DNA of 64,000 nucleotides from an uncultured Planctomycetota bacterium (GCA_963845755.1 CAWJTV010000011.1:1408001-1472000); one strand, 5' to 3'; shown: positions 1 through 14,462, counted from the stretch's first letter. Translations and numbers: made by a program. Notes: generated from the letters alone by a model not told the origin.

Positions 1-1793
1 GCATCTCCTCGGCGAATTGCGTCAAGGTCTGGATCTGGTCCTCGATCGTCGCATCGGATCCCGTCGGAGACCTGGGTGGGGTCGAGGAAGAGCGTGAACC
101 CCTCGCAGAGCAGGGCGCGGCGGCGGAATTCGTGCTGGTCGATGTCGAAGTTCCGCATCTCGCCGGAGAAGTCGAAGAGGTTGACCATCGACTTGTTGGG
201 GCCGAGGGGATCGGCGTCGTGGACGTGGAAGGTCAACGGGTAGGGCAGGCCGCAGCACGGTCGGATCGAGGACCTCGGCCTCGTGTGCAGCAGGTCGCTG
301 ACGAGCTCGATCGAACTGGCGCGTCCTCGCGCGAAGGGATCTTGCGGATCGCCGAGGCGACCGGGATGTTGGAGTTCTTGATCATGTCATAGAGCATCAT
401 CATCCAGTGCGTCTTTCCGCTCGACCGAATGCCGACGGTCGGGAAGCAGAGCCGGTTCTGGCGGATGTAGTTCTCGCGGATCTCGTAGTCGCAGACATTG
501 CAGACCTTCTTGCGGAACCTGGCCTGCGGTCCGTCGTCATCGTCGGAGGCCGCGGTGTCGAAGTCCAGCGTGTCCAGGTTGAGGCAGCGCGGGCACTTGC
601 GGCTCTCCTCGTTGAGCTCGCGGCGACGCCGCCGGCGGATGGAGGTCAGCGGGACGATGGCGGCCAGGATGAAGAACCCGCAGGTGACGAGGCGGACGAG
701 GCTGAGGGTCCGCGCGTGGTCGCTACCGCCCACGACGAATCCCTGGAGTTTGATCGTGTCCGTCTTGAGATGAGTTTCGAGCCGCTCGGTATCCTCGACG
801 ACGCGGGAGGCGATCCGGGCCGAGACGCGAAGATTCTGGAACTGCCCCTGAAAGCCCTTCTCGATCGCCTCGACGCGATCGACGAGCTCCTTCTGATCCC
901 GGTTCTCGGGCTTGAGGGCGTTGGCGGCGCGGGCATGCCGGATTTCCTCCAGGTGCTGGTCCAACTGGAGCCTGGCGGCTTCCAGGGCGTCCTGCGTCGC
1001 GTCGCGACGCTTCTGGAGTTCGTCTCGCCGGCGTTCGAGCGCCGCGGAATCACGGCCGGCTTCTCCGGCCGGCTCGGCCGCGGCGGGCGGCTTTTCGGGT
1101 TCCGTCTCATCGCCGGGCGCCGCGCCGCAGGCCACGGCCGCGGCCGCGGCCAATGGCAGGATCAGCGCGAAGGCGGCTGGGCTGGGGCGGCTGCCCAGGG
1201 CCCGGAGCCGCCATCGGAGCCGGTCGCGGACCTCGTGCCCCATGAGCACCACGCCCCCCAGCAGCGCGAGGATGCCCTGGCCGATCAAGCCCCACGACAC
1301 CTCGATGTCCGGTCGTTTCCCCTTCCACGGCCACCCGACCAGGTGCTCGGCCTCGTCGATCTTATCCTGGAACGCCAGGTCCTTCTCCATGGCCTCTTCC
1401 CAGGCGGTGATGGACTCGGCCTCATCCCTCTCGATCGCTTTCTGCAGTTTCTCCAGTTCCGCATGCATGGCCGGCCACTGCGCCTCGGTCCCTTTCTTGA
1501 TCCGCTTGCGGATCGTGTCGTCCCAGACGTTGTCCTTGGCCGACAAGGGCCTCTCCTCGGCCTGTCCGTCCTTCTGGAGCCGCCGCGGACACCAGTCGAT
1601 CTTCCTCCTGAATCTCGGCCGCTTTCGCCTCGACGCGCAACAGCTCCAGTTTTAGAGCGGCGACCTCGCGACGCAAATTCGCCACGGCACCGCCGGGCGT
1701 CGAAGCCGGGGCCTGGGCCTGGGCCGCCGGGACGGTCGTGGCGAACCACGCCACCACGCCGGCGGCCAGCCCGATCCACTGGTATCGCCTCAT
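1..1793 (-). CDS. Membrane-anchored Zn-ribbon P-loop GTPase (DO-GTPase2-like); frameshifted, 3' end outside the window
   Basis: Joined from ORFs 1422..1793 (signal peptide MRRYQWIGLAAGVVAWFATTVPAAQA) and 233..1546 (three hydrophobic segments, coiled coils, CPRC/CNVC, Walker A GIRSSGKT). A further frame below about 250 reads YPLTFHVHD...NLFDFSGEM...FTLFLDP (G3 DxxG). Confidence 0.75.
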
Positions 1794-2267
1794 ATCCGGC
1801 CCCTCGAGCTCATGGTAAGCGTCTCACACCCGGCCCATCACCGACCGCATGCCTTGATCCACGCCAATCCGCCGGGGAATGGCGACTCTGCATTTGAGTT
1901 TCGGGCCATCCTACTGCGACGGCAGAGGACCAACGGACGCGTTGCGGTCGTCGCCGCGGGAGAGGAATTCGGAGGATTTTGTCCCTGGGACACCATCACA
2001 TTACCACCCGCCGTTCCCAGCCTCAAGGCGCTGACTCTCATTCACGACTGCAATCCAGGTTTCATCGTCCCCAGGACAGGGTCACTCGGTTTCCCACAAT
2101 CAAGACGCGGGCCTACCGGCCCGCTTGCGCAAGGCCGCGGCGTTTCCCACCCGCAGCACAATCGAGGCGCCGCCGACTCGGGGGCCCGCGTTCGACGGAT
2201 TGATCGCGCGTTCCCAGGAATCCATCATTGCATGCGAAGCGTGGGATGGCGAGATCCTCCCATTAGC

Positions 2268-2563
2268 GTCTTCTTCCGTAGGCTCGCTGCGCCGTGCGCC
2301 TCTGGGGATTCCGAATTCCGGATTCGAGATTCCCGATTCCGGAATCATTCCCCTTCGGGAATCCGGAATCTCGAATCGGGAATCCCGATGGGGTTGCGGC
2401 TGCAGGCCGCGTCAGAGTCTTCCTCCGTAGGCTCGCTCGCCGTGCGCGCCTCTGGGGATTCCGAATTCCGGATTCGAGATTCCCGATTCCGGAATCATGC
2501 CCCTTCGGGAATCCGGAATCGCGAATCCGGAATCCCGATTGGGTTGCGGCCGCAGGCCGCATT
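2268..2563. repeat. Two ~150-bp tandem units, each an imperfect hairpin built from 7-bp repeats
   Basis: tctggggattccgaattccggattcgagattcccgattccggaatcat occurs at 2301 and 2451. GATTCCG-like heptamers are followed by complementary GGAATCC-like heptamers. Each unit ends in gggttgcggc(t/c)gcaggccgc. Confidence 0.9.
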
Positions 2564-2685
2564 AAGGATTACGAACGGGCTTGTCACGACTCCGTGAAAA
2601 CGAGAGGGACCCGGTTCGGCAGGGGACCCAGATCGGCATAGGCGAATGATGTTCTCGGAGCTCGCCGCGCACGTCGCGTCATAAT

Positions 2686-2740
2686 AACCCGAAGCCCTGG
2701 CGAGGATCCGTAGTGGTCTGCCTCGCTGACGGGTCGAGTT
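2686..2740. repeat. REP-like imperfect palindrome
   Basis: Arms aacccgaagccctggcgagg (2686-2705) and cctcgctgacgggtcgagtt (2721-2740) are imperfect reverse complements, resembling intergenic palindromes I recall from planctomycete genomes. Confidence 0.6.
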
Positions 2741-3164
2741 GGTCGCGTTGCGTCGGCGGAGAAGAGCGTCTTGCATTGCCGAGGAATCGCGCGACTCGAT
2801 GAGCCGAAACCGCGGCGTCGGAGGTTCATGGCTGATCGTACCGGACGGTCGCGAACATGATGGGATGGGCTTCGAAGTCCACCTTCTGCTCGCGGGTGCC
2901 CGAGGTGATTGGCTCGCCGGAGGTAGCCGTTGACACCCCGTTCGACAAATCGAGGCGGTGCGACGGGGTCAGTCTCGGACCCTGCAAGGGCGACGGAACG
3001 GCCACTGGCCCCGGGAATCCGTCAGCCCTTCCCGGGCTGCTACGGGGCGGAGAAGACGCGGTCGGTTTGCCTTACAGGGGTTTCACACCTGGCTAAGGAC
3101 CGCGGCCCCTCCGGGGTCTTCCGGATGCCTCATTCCCATGCTCGACCAACGTGTGAACGGCTAC

Positions 3165-4201
3165 TCACAGAAGGCACAGAGAAAAATTCTTTGATGCTTC
3201 TGCTGATCGCAACCTCTTGTACTTCGAGACGCTATGAAATCGTGTGCGGCGTACAAGATTCTCGAACTTAGTCGTACAGAGCGACGCGGCGATTCGGTCG
3301 TGGAACAGCGTGTTCTCGCCGTTGACCAGCACGACCACGCCGTAGCGTTCGGCGTCGTCGCCCCGCTTGTTCAGCACGAACTCGACCTTCTGACTCTCCT
3401 TGGGCTCGGGCAGTTGCCCTGGTTACCCGCGAATTCCAGCGGGATGCGTGCACCGTCGTACCAGGCTTCGAGCGTCACGGGGGCCGCGGGGCTCTCCAGC
3501 GAATTCTTGGCCTGCGGCTGGAACGCCCGACCGGGCTGCTGCTTGAACTCGTCGTTGTCGAACCCGCCGCGAACCAGCAGGCTTTCCCCGATCTCGATCA
3601 GGGCAGGCGGATCGGTCGACGCGTGGAACTGCGTCACCGGACGGAGGACGTTCTCCGTCGCGTCGAACGCCTGGACCGAGACCGTCATCGTCCGGAGGTC
3701 GCTCGAGACCAGGACGACGCCGGTCAGGATGGCGTCCGGGGAAACCTGGGTGCGGCCCCAGGCGAGCGGATACTTTCCCTTCAGGAGGATCCGGCGTCCC
3801 TCGGCTTTGAGGTGATCCGCGCCCGGCAGCGTGGCCGCGGTGCGGCCAGCGTCGTGGATAATACCGAGTGGATGTCGCCAATCGTTGGCCAGGATCAAGG
3901 CGATTTCCAGCCGGTCGGCGAGGCTCTGGTTGATCAGGCCGACGCGGTCGCTGACACGCCCGTCCCCCTTCTTGACGCGGAACTTGAGCACGCCGACGTT
4001 CTTGTAACCGTGTTGCCGGAGATCGTTGAGGATCGCCGGCGCCTGCCTGGCCAGGGCTCGATCGATCGTTTCGGGTGCAGTTGGCGGTGCGGCTCGTAGC
4101 CGCCCGGTCAGCCCGAGCATGGCCGCGGCTCCGATGAGCCCGACGAGCCAGCGCGCGACCCGCGTGCGGCCGACGTTTTCGGTTCGATGGTTCCCGATCA
4201 T
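3165..4201 (-). pseudogene. Exported planctomycete protein (FlgO/DUF4384-like), frameshifted and probably 3'-truncated near 3270
   Basis: Signal peptide ARWLVGLIGAAAMLGLTGRLRA and GYKNVGVLKFRV motif. Continues in ORF 3165..3377 (YGVVVLVNGENTLF), then passes abruptly into AT-richer, non-coding-looking sequence after SLCT. Confidence 0.5.
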
Positions 4202-4233
4202 CGTGGAATTCCCCTTTTCCGCTCATGGAGCCG

Positions 4234-7200
4234 TCACACCGGGCTTTGTGGACCTTTCAGCCACCACCAACGCGCCGCAAACCAGGAACTGACGACCACG
4301 ATGAGCATCACCCCGCCCTCGACGAAGGGGTTTCCCGAGTCCGGAGAACCCGGCCGGGACGACCCTAACGCGGGCTGTAGCGCGTCGGGAGCCGGCGTAG
4401 GCGTAGCCGATGCAACGGTCGCGGCCGGACTCGACGTCGCGGCGGGTTTGAGACCGCGGGGTGCGTTGAGATCCGGCGTGTTGTCGGCGACCAAGGGCGC
4501 GGGTGCCGAGGCCATTTCGCCCTCGATGCCGACGGGCTCCGACGCCCACGACGCACCCGGCTGGCCCGTCAGCGTGAACGCGGCCCAGAAATGGGGGCGC
4601 GCGGCGCCAAAGTTATGTTGACGCTGCACGTGGAGTTCGTCGAGCTGCGCCCGCCGCAAGGCCGAGGCCGGCCCGAGGCCCGAGCCGAGATGTTCGAACA
4701 GGCCGATCATCACCCGCGCCGTGGCCTTGTCGGGGACATTCCAGAGTGAGGCGACCACGGATTGAGCCCCGGCGATCTGGAATGCCTGGCGGAGCCCGGC
4801 GACGCCCTCTCCGGACTGCAAATCGCCCAGCCCCGTCTCGCAGGCGGAAAGCACGACCAGGCTCGTCCCTTGAAGATCGGTCCCGACCACTTCCAGGCCC
4901 GTGAGCCAGCCGTCGAGGCCGTGATTGTCGGTGGCCACCGCGCCCGGCTCACTCAACTGTTTACACCCCGCCAGGAGGAGTCCGCAGCGGAGCAACGGGT
5001 TCTCGGGCGGACGACCCGAGGACGACGTGGCGGACTGATCCAGAAGAAGCCATGGGTGCTGAGGACGAGCACCCGCGGCCGCCGCAGCCTTCGGAATTGC
5101 GCTTCAGTCGCCTTGGCCTGCCGGTAGTCGGCCGGTTCGGCACCCGCATATCGGGTCAGCGGTGCGCGGATTCCGTCCGCCTCTGCTCGGGTGAACGGGA
5201 GCGGGTCGGCCTTGAACCCCGCCGGGATGGATCGAGCGATCGCACCGATCTCGCCGGGAGTCAGACTGCTCGGAGCGGGGTTCGTCGACGGAATCGGAGT
5301 GTCGGGTGGCCGATCGTGGTCGAAATCGACGTCGGCGAAGATCGCCGGGCGTGCGGTCGAAGGGGCCGCTAGCGGCGAAGCCAGATCCCGGCCACTCACG
5401 ACCAGGTGGATCAAGTGCCGCTCGATCGCGTAGTGGCCGTCACCCAGGGGGAGCGCCTGCCAGGGGACGAGCCAGAGCGACCGAATCGGGGCTCAACACC
5501 CACCGTGCGGCCGGATCAATCCGAGAGCGGAGCGGCCCGAGGAGCCGCTGGGAGAGGGCTTCCAGCGTTTGATCATCATCGGACTCGCCTTCGCCCTTGT
5601 CCTGGTCCTGATCGGGACGCATGGCTCGGCGAACCGCGGCGATGGCCTGGTCGATCGGCTCGGCCTCGCCCAGGTCGATGAGACGGACATCGCCCCGATC
5701 CGCAGGCGGGATCACCCACGCCAGATAGCAAGCCCACCGCTTGTGCTGCCGATTTCCGGTGATATACCGTGCGAACTCGATGAGGACGGCATCGGAGGGA
5801 AGCGCCCCGCGCACACGGTCAAGCTCGGTCCACGGATCGCCGGAATCGGAGCCTTTGAGCGTCAAACTGAGTTCGCGTGAGATCTCGTGCTCCCTGGCGA
5901 CGAGCTGCTCGATTTGTCGCGGGGTCCGGTGCGATCCAATGTCATCTGAAATGCGGGAGAAGCCAGGTTTGCCAGGCGCCCTCGCGTCTCGTTCAACCGC
6001 GCGACAATCTCGGCCACGTGGGGATCGGCGGACGCACGGGCCAGGATGGCCCGCTCGGCCAGCGCCGCGAAGGCGACGGCCTTGTGGTTCAAGATCCACG
6101 AGGCCGAATGGTCCGGCCAACCCGGAGAGTTCCTCAGGCCGGAGGTCATCCCCATCGCGATATCGTAATTCGAGTTGGTCATTCGCAAGAGCGCGAGCTG
6201 GTCGCCTTCCGAAAGCACGGGCAGGGAACGTTCCAGAATTCGACGCAGGGAGCGGCACTCGACATGCAGCAGGTCGAGGGCCTCCGGCGGCATGACGGCA
6301 GCGCCACCAACGACAGGGCGAGGATCCCACGGCATTGAGCCGTATGTGGGTGGTCGGAGCCGAATTTCGCCTCGAGAGTTCGGAGGGCACGCCGTGCGCA
6401 ATCTTCGGCTTCTTGATACCGGCCCAGAAAGGTGTAGGTCGTGCTCAGGCCCACCTGGAGAACGCCCACACCAGGATGGTCGGCACCCAGAACGTCCTCG
6501 AGGGTCGATAACGCTCGTTTCAGGAGTGGCTCGGCCTCCGTGAAACGACCAGCCTCCATGAGTTCGACGGCCCGTTGTGCATCCAATAGCAACGCGGCCT
6601 TGGCACTTCCCTTGGCGAACGTCCGGTCCATCGCTTCCCCGGACGGAGGCGCGGATTTCGGCCCCTTGGTGTTGCCGAGCTTCGCGATCAGGCGCCCGAA
6701 GGCTGATCGTCATGGGATGGTTGGCGCCTCAGCTCCGCTCATAGGTGGCGAGGGTCTTCTGGAGAAGCTCTGTCGCCTCGTCCGTGCGGCCGGTGATCCC
6801 GAGCAGGGCCGCGAGCTGCGAATAGGCTTCGAGCGTGTCATGGTTCGCTGGTCCGAATCGGTCCTCGGTTTTTTTCACGCACTCACGAAGGAGCCGTTCA
6901 GCCTCGGCAAATTCGCCCTTGGCTGCGTGCAGGAGCCCCAGGCTGCCCAGCACCTTCCAGGTCTCGGGAGCGTCTGGCCCCCGCTTTTTCTCGAGGATCG
7001 CTCGTGCTTCCCCGAGGAGTTTCTCGGCGTCCGCGAATCGACCCGTGGTGATCTCCATCCTGGCGACTTCATTGAGCAGCCGGCCGATCTGAACCTCATC
7101 GGAGCCGGCTCGTGCCTTCAGGCCATCCAGGGCTGCTCGGAGATAGGCCTCGGCGTCGGCCAGCCTGTTAGTGCTCGTCATCAGGACCGAAACACGGATT

Positions 7201-7807
7201 TTTGTAGTCACGGCATCGGGGTGGTCGGGCCCATGCTTTGCCTCGAGAATCGCGATTTTCCGGCGGAGGTATGTCTCGGCGTCAACATAACGTCCGGCGC
7301 CTGACATACGCGTCGCTCAACGCGTCCACGACCTCGATGATGATAATGTGATTGGGTGCCAGCGTCGCCTCGAGTCCCTTGAGCGATCGTTTCAGACAGT
7401 TGATCGCATCATCATGGCGTCTGGCCGCCTTATACACCTTGCCGAGGTCACACAGGGTCACGTACGTCTGCGGATGGTTCGGTCCATATTTCGCCTCGGC
7501 GCCGGCGGCGACTTTTTCGCACACCTTCACGCCGTCGTCGGGGCGACCCGCGGCCAGCAGCGCCAGTCCAAGACGGCTCTGAACCTGCAGCGTTCGCTCG
7601 TGATCGACCCCATAGTCCGTCTTTGCCTGCTCGACGGCCTCCTCGTACGTCTTGACCGCCTCGGGGGCTCGTCCCTGTTTCAAGAGCGATTGTCCCTTGC
7701 TTTCCAGGGCGGCGACGCCGGTCGAATCCTGCGCGGCCGCGGGCTGCGCGGCCGCGACGAGCATCAACGCCAGCGTCAACAAGCTGCAGACCCGTGGAGG
7801 TACTCAT
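4234..7807 (-). CDS. Exported TPR-repeat CHAT (caspase-like) protease with C-terminal TM segment; several frame breaks
   Basis: Joined ORFs 7282..7782, 6729..7307, 6179..6631, 5440..6390, 4953..5414 and 4234..4995. Signal peptide [17 protein letters not shown], kinesin-light-chain-type TPRs (GPDHPD, GPNHPQT), catalytic His VLSTHGFF and Cys [13 protein letters not shown] motif, then a Pro/Ala linker and [19 protein letters not shown]. Confidence 0.88.
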
Positions 7808-7830
7808 GAGGAGATTCAAGCCTTCGGCCT

Positions 7831-10370
7831 TCAGGGCGCCGTGTTGGATCGCGTCTCGAGTTCGATCGACGTCTTCAACAGCCCGAACGCGTCCATGATC
7901 TTAAGGCCTCTGAGTCCGTCTCGCCATGGGTCGTGGAGGAATCGGTCGGACGTGTTACGCCCCCGGAGGATATCCCCGGCCGCGAACGACCCCACGCCGG
8001 CGAACGCCGTGATCCGTTCCTTGCCAGTCATATCCATGACGCGGATCGGAGGCTCGCCTTGCGCCGGAAACTGGAAATCCTTCCCCGGGGGGATCAGGAC
8101 CGGCACTTTCGTCAGGACGACCACTCCACCCGAGACCCCGGTCGCGATGAGCTCGACGGTCAGGTCGGAAGGGGAGGTGTTCTTGACCCGGATGATCATG
8201 TCGTCGCCGGGTCGGAAGATGTTGTCCGGCTTGTTCGACGTCAACTCGAGCGTCAGGTGCCGGTCCACCGACCAGGCGACCGGTCGAGAAACCCCTTCCA
8301 GGGGCACGACCGGCAAACCCGCGCCGAGCAGATGGACGGCCACCGGGAAGGCGGCCTCCCATGTGTTGTGCCGGATCGAGCCGCTGTTGGCCAGCGGTGC
8401 CAGGCCGACCTGGACCGATCGCGCATTCGACCAGACCGGTTGCAAGAGCTCGGGACGGTCGACGCCGAGCTCGGCCGCGGCGATCGCGGCGGTGACCGGC
8501 TGGTCACGATACTCCCGCGCGAGCTGGTCGACGAGCTCGCGCCGCGCCGGCACGCCGGGCGCCGGTTTCGTTGCCCTGTCGTTCGGGTCGATCCGGGCTC
8601 CCCGTAGGTCCTCGAACAGGGGCGGCCTCGTGACCGCGGCGATGAACCAGTCGGCCCGGACGAACGCCAACGGCCGCACCTGCGATGCCGGCCCGAGGAA
8701 CTCGTCCGCCAGCCTCGTGAAGACCTCCGAGGACGTGGGGACCACGCCATACGGGTACTCCAGCAGGATCAGGTCAAACCGGTTGATCGCGCTGGGGCCC
8801 GCCACCGTCTTGTCGCGGATGACCTGGTACGGGCTCTCATCCCAGCCCGTCGCGCGGATGTCTGACCCGGAAGAGGGTCTTCTCCGGGTCGATCGGCGTC
8901 GGCACGACCGAGGCCGAGCCCCTCGAGGTCAGGTTGATCGCCTCGATCAGAGCCTGGCGTAGGCGATCCGGTTTCTCTGGAGTGCTCCGGCGGCTGATCC
9001 GGAAATACCGCTGGAACGGCCGATCGCTCGCGGGCTGTGCACGAATATCGTCGAGGATCGACTGGAAGACATCCGGCGCCGGCCTCGCCGACCAGGGGCT
9101 CAGGTACACAAGGAGCAGGATGGCCGACGCCAGGGCGAGGCCGAGCCTGGTCCGGAAAAGTCTCCTTGGTGGTGGACCTGGTGAAGGTGGTTCCGGCCCT
9201 GGCGGAGGTGGTTCCGGCCCTGGCGGGTTCGACAACGACCGTCCTTTGAATCGCGTCGAGGTAAGCGTCCCGGAGCTCCCTGGCCGTTTGCGGACGCAAC
9301 GCCGGGTCTTTCTCGAGGCAGCGAAGCACAAGCGCCTCGACCTCGGCCGGAACCTGGGCCTCGGGGTTGCGAACGGCGAAGGCCGGCGGGAGCTCGACGA
9401 TATGCTTATGGCAAAGCTCGTAGATCGTCCCCTCGAAGGGCCGATATCCCGTCAACATCTCATAGAGGATTACACCCACCGTGTAGAGGTCGCTCCTCGG
9501 ATCTTGAGGCGTCCGATCGCATTGCTCCGGGCTCGCATAGGCCGGGGTCAAGCCAAGATCGATCGACTGGAAGAGACTTCCTCCGGCCGGGATCTCCTTC
9601 GCCAGCCCGAAGTCGAGCACCTTGAGGAATTCGCGCCCGTCTTTCCGCCCCGAGAGGAGCATGAGGTTTGACGGCTTGAGGTCGCGGTGGATGATCGGCG
9701 GGTCTTGCTGGTGCGTGATCTCCAGCACGTCGCAAAGCTGCTCGAGGATGCGGGCCGTCCAGTCCAGCCGCATCGGCACTCCCCCGCGGAGGACTTTGTC
9801 CAGCGATTGCCCTTCGACGAATTCCATCACGATGTAGGGCCGGAGGATATCCTGGAAATCGAAGTGGACCAGGTTGACGATGTTCGGATGGTTCAACCTG
9901 GCCATGACCCGGGCCTCGCGACGAAACCGCTTGAGATTCAGGTCGTTAAACCGCGAACGCAGGATCATCTTCAGCGCCCTCGGCGCGTTGTCGATCCTCT
10001 GGTCGCGAACCAGGTAGACCCGGCCCATCCCGCCGCTGCTCAGTAGTCGGACGATCTCGAAATGACCGAAAACCACCTGACCTTCGACAAACGAAATCCG
10101 GGGATCGGATGGCTCGTCCGGATCGAGCGACGACATGACGGGGTGATCGGGGGCATCGGCCTTCGAGTCGAAGGGTTCGGTACTGAGCGCACCTGCTCCG
10201 CCCGGCGGATCGCCGGCACCCAGTCGCTCGATGTTCGGATCGCCGCCCAGTGCATCGCGGCAGGCCGCACAGACTTCGAGGTGCGCGCGGACCTCGGACG
10301 CGGCCGTCTCGTCAAGCTCACCGCGACGGAAATGGTGCAGGACATCCGGTGATGGGCAGTCGGCTGACAT
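7831..10370 (-). CDS. Transmembrane Ser/Thr kinase: zf-HC2-like N-terminus, kinase, TM, ectodomain ending in a DUF4384-like domain; frameshifted
   Basis: ATG 10370 after GGAGG; HLEVCAAC; GGMGRVY, ALK, HRDLKPSN, DFGLAK, YASPEQ; TM LGLALASAILLLVYL in ORF 8837..9331; ectodomain in ORF 7831..8805 (VRADWF, FRPGDDMIIRV...GKERITAFA). Confidence 0.88.
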
Positions 10371-11015
10371 TCCGTCCTCCCGCCTCGTCGCCACCTGACG
10401 CCAGGATCCACCCGCCCGGCATGCTCCGACCGCTCTCGAGTCGCCGCTTCGCCATTCGAGGGGAAGGATTCGTCCGCCGGGCTGTCGCGGTGTCCGGATG
10501 GGTCGGAACGCCTCGGACTTCGGCAATCCCATTGGATCGTAAGTCACCGCGCTCGGACAAGAGTCTAGCGGTTGGTTCGTGATGCGCCGTCCACGCGGTT
10601 CGCCCTCGGGCGTGAAAATCGAGAAAAAGCAGGTCACTCGGCGCACGCCAGACCCCTCGGCGCCGTCAGGTCTCCAGAACGTGGGCACTGTCGAAGGCTG
10701 AAACCTTCCACCGCGATCGGATGATCGAGCGAGACACGCCCGCGAAGACCGCCAACGCGACGCTCTTCGCGACGTACGGCTCCGCCCGACCGGCGATTCG
10801 GTGACCCAGTTCGGGCCATGGCCGCAACGGTCGTGAGCCCGGCAGGGCGGCGGGCATCGATCCCGCCCTCTCCGACCCGTCCAGGGTCCTTGGCGATCGT
10901 GTGGAGACGAAAAGCCGCGGCTGGCCAGCGGTGGTTGAGCACCGCTGCCCCGAGGCCACAGGCCGCCCTGCGCCCAGAAACCGTCTTGTGGAACCCCATG
11001 CCTTGGAGACTTGCC

Positions 11016-11432
11016 ATGAAGCGTTTCCGCGAAATGATGGGCGGCCTGATGGGTCGAAACGGGTTGAAGTCGATGCGGCGTTCTCCCCGCCGGCGGAGCG
11101 GGTTCGCGCCGCTCGCCGAGTCGCTGGAGAATCGTACTGTACTCAGTCAAGTCACCTTCGGCCCGGCGATCGTGGCGCCGCACCGCGCCGAGGGCGGGCC
11201 GGCGGACATTCTGAAGGTCCAGGTCCCATCGATCGTCGTCTCCGGTCAGACGAACCAGGCGGCGGCTCCGGGCAACAACGCCCGGCCCCGTTTGGTCCAC
11301 CTCGGTGCCTCCGGGTTCGCCGCGGGGACCGGCGGTGCCGGGGTCGGGGCCATGGTCGCTGCCGATGATTCGGGCACGGTCGAATCCACCGGCCAGAGCG
11401 ATACCCAGGCCGATAACGAGACGGGGGGATGA
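11016..11432 (+). CDS. Small protein with planctomycete extracellular (LExRxLL) motif
   Basis: ATG 11016 after GGAG; basic leader RRSPRRRSGFAPLAESLENRTVLS; low-complexity Gly/Ala/acidic tail; about 138 aa. Confidence 0.65.
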   Translation: MKRFREMMGGLMGRNGLKSMRRSPRRRSGFAPLAESLENRTVLSQVTFGPAIVAPHRAEGGPADILKVQVPSIVVSGQTNQAAAPGNNARPRLVHLGASGFAAGTGGAGVGAMVAADDSGTVESTGQSDTQADNETGG

Positions 11433-11714
11433 CTATCCCTCCGCCGGGCCGAGGGTTAGAATCGCTGTCGGTTCGTGGGCCGATCGACGTCGTACGGAAC
11501 GAAGCTTTCCGGACCAGGAAGTCCGGTGAACCGAGGTCGTGGAATGAGCCGTCCGTGGCGACCGGCTTCGACAAACGGGGACCAAGGCGGGGCGCTCCCA
11601 ACCCTCCTTCCGAAGGAGGGGAGAGGGCGTGCCCGTCCTGTCCCGGTTTTCCGGCACCAGGGTCACACGAATATCGCATGAATCGAAAGGAGAGGCCGCG
11701 AGAGGAGCCAGACG

Positions 11715-14462
<2,748 letters not shown>

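Noticed and set aside
407..1897. Long antisense ORFs such as 407..1897, 12387..14624, 27545..28501, 31338..32825 and 47447..48715
   Set aside because: They are shadow or alternative frames of recognisable genes in high-GC DNA and have no motifs of their own.
2268..2563. Possible CRISPR array, and ORF 1812..2597 crossing it
   Set aside because: Only two near-identical 150-bp units, no unique spacers and no cas genes. The IRDS/GIRN translation is a by-product of the heptamer repeat.
9186..9227. 21-bp tandem duplication in the kinase linker
   Set aside because: A simple two-copy in-frame slippage in a low-complexity linker with no evident function.
10371..11300. 310-aa N-terminal extension of kinase ORF 8769..11300
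   Set aside because: Arg/Pro-rich sequence with no motifs that overlaps an opposite-strand gene. A clear RBS precedes the ATG at 10370.
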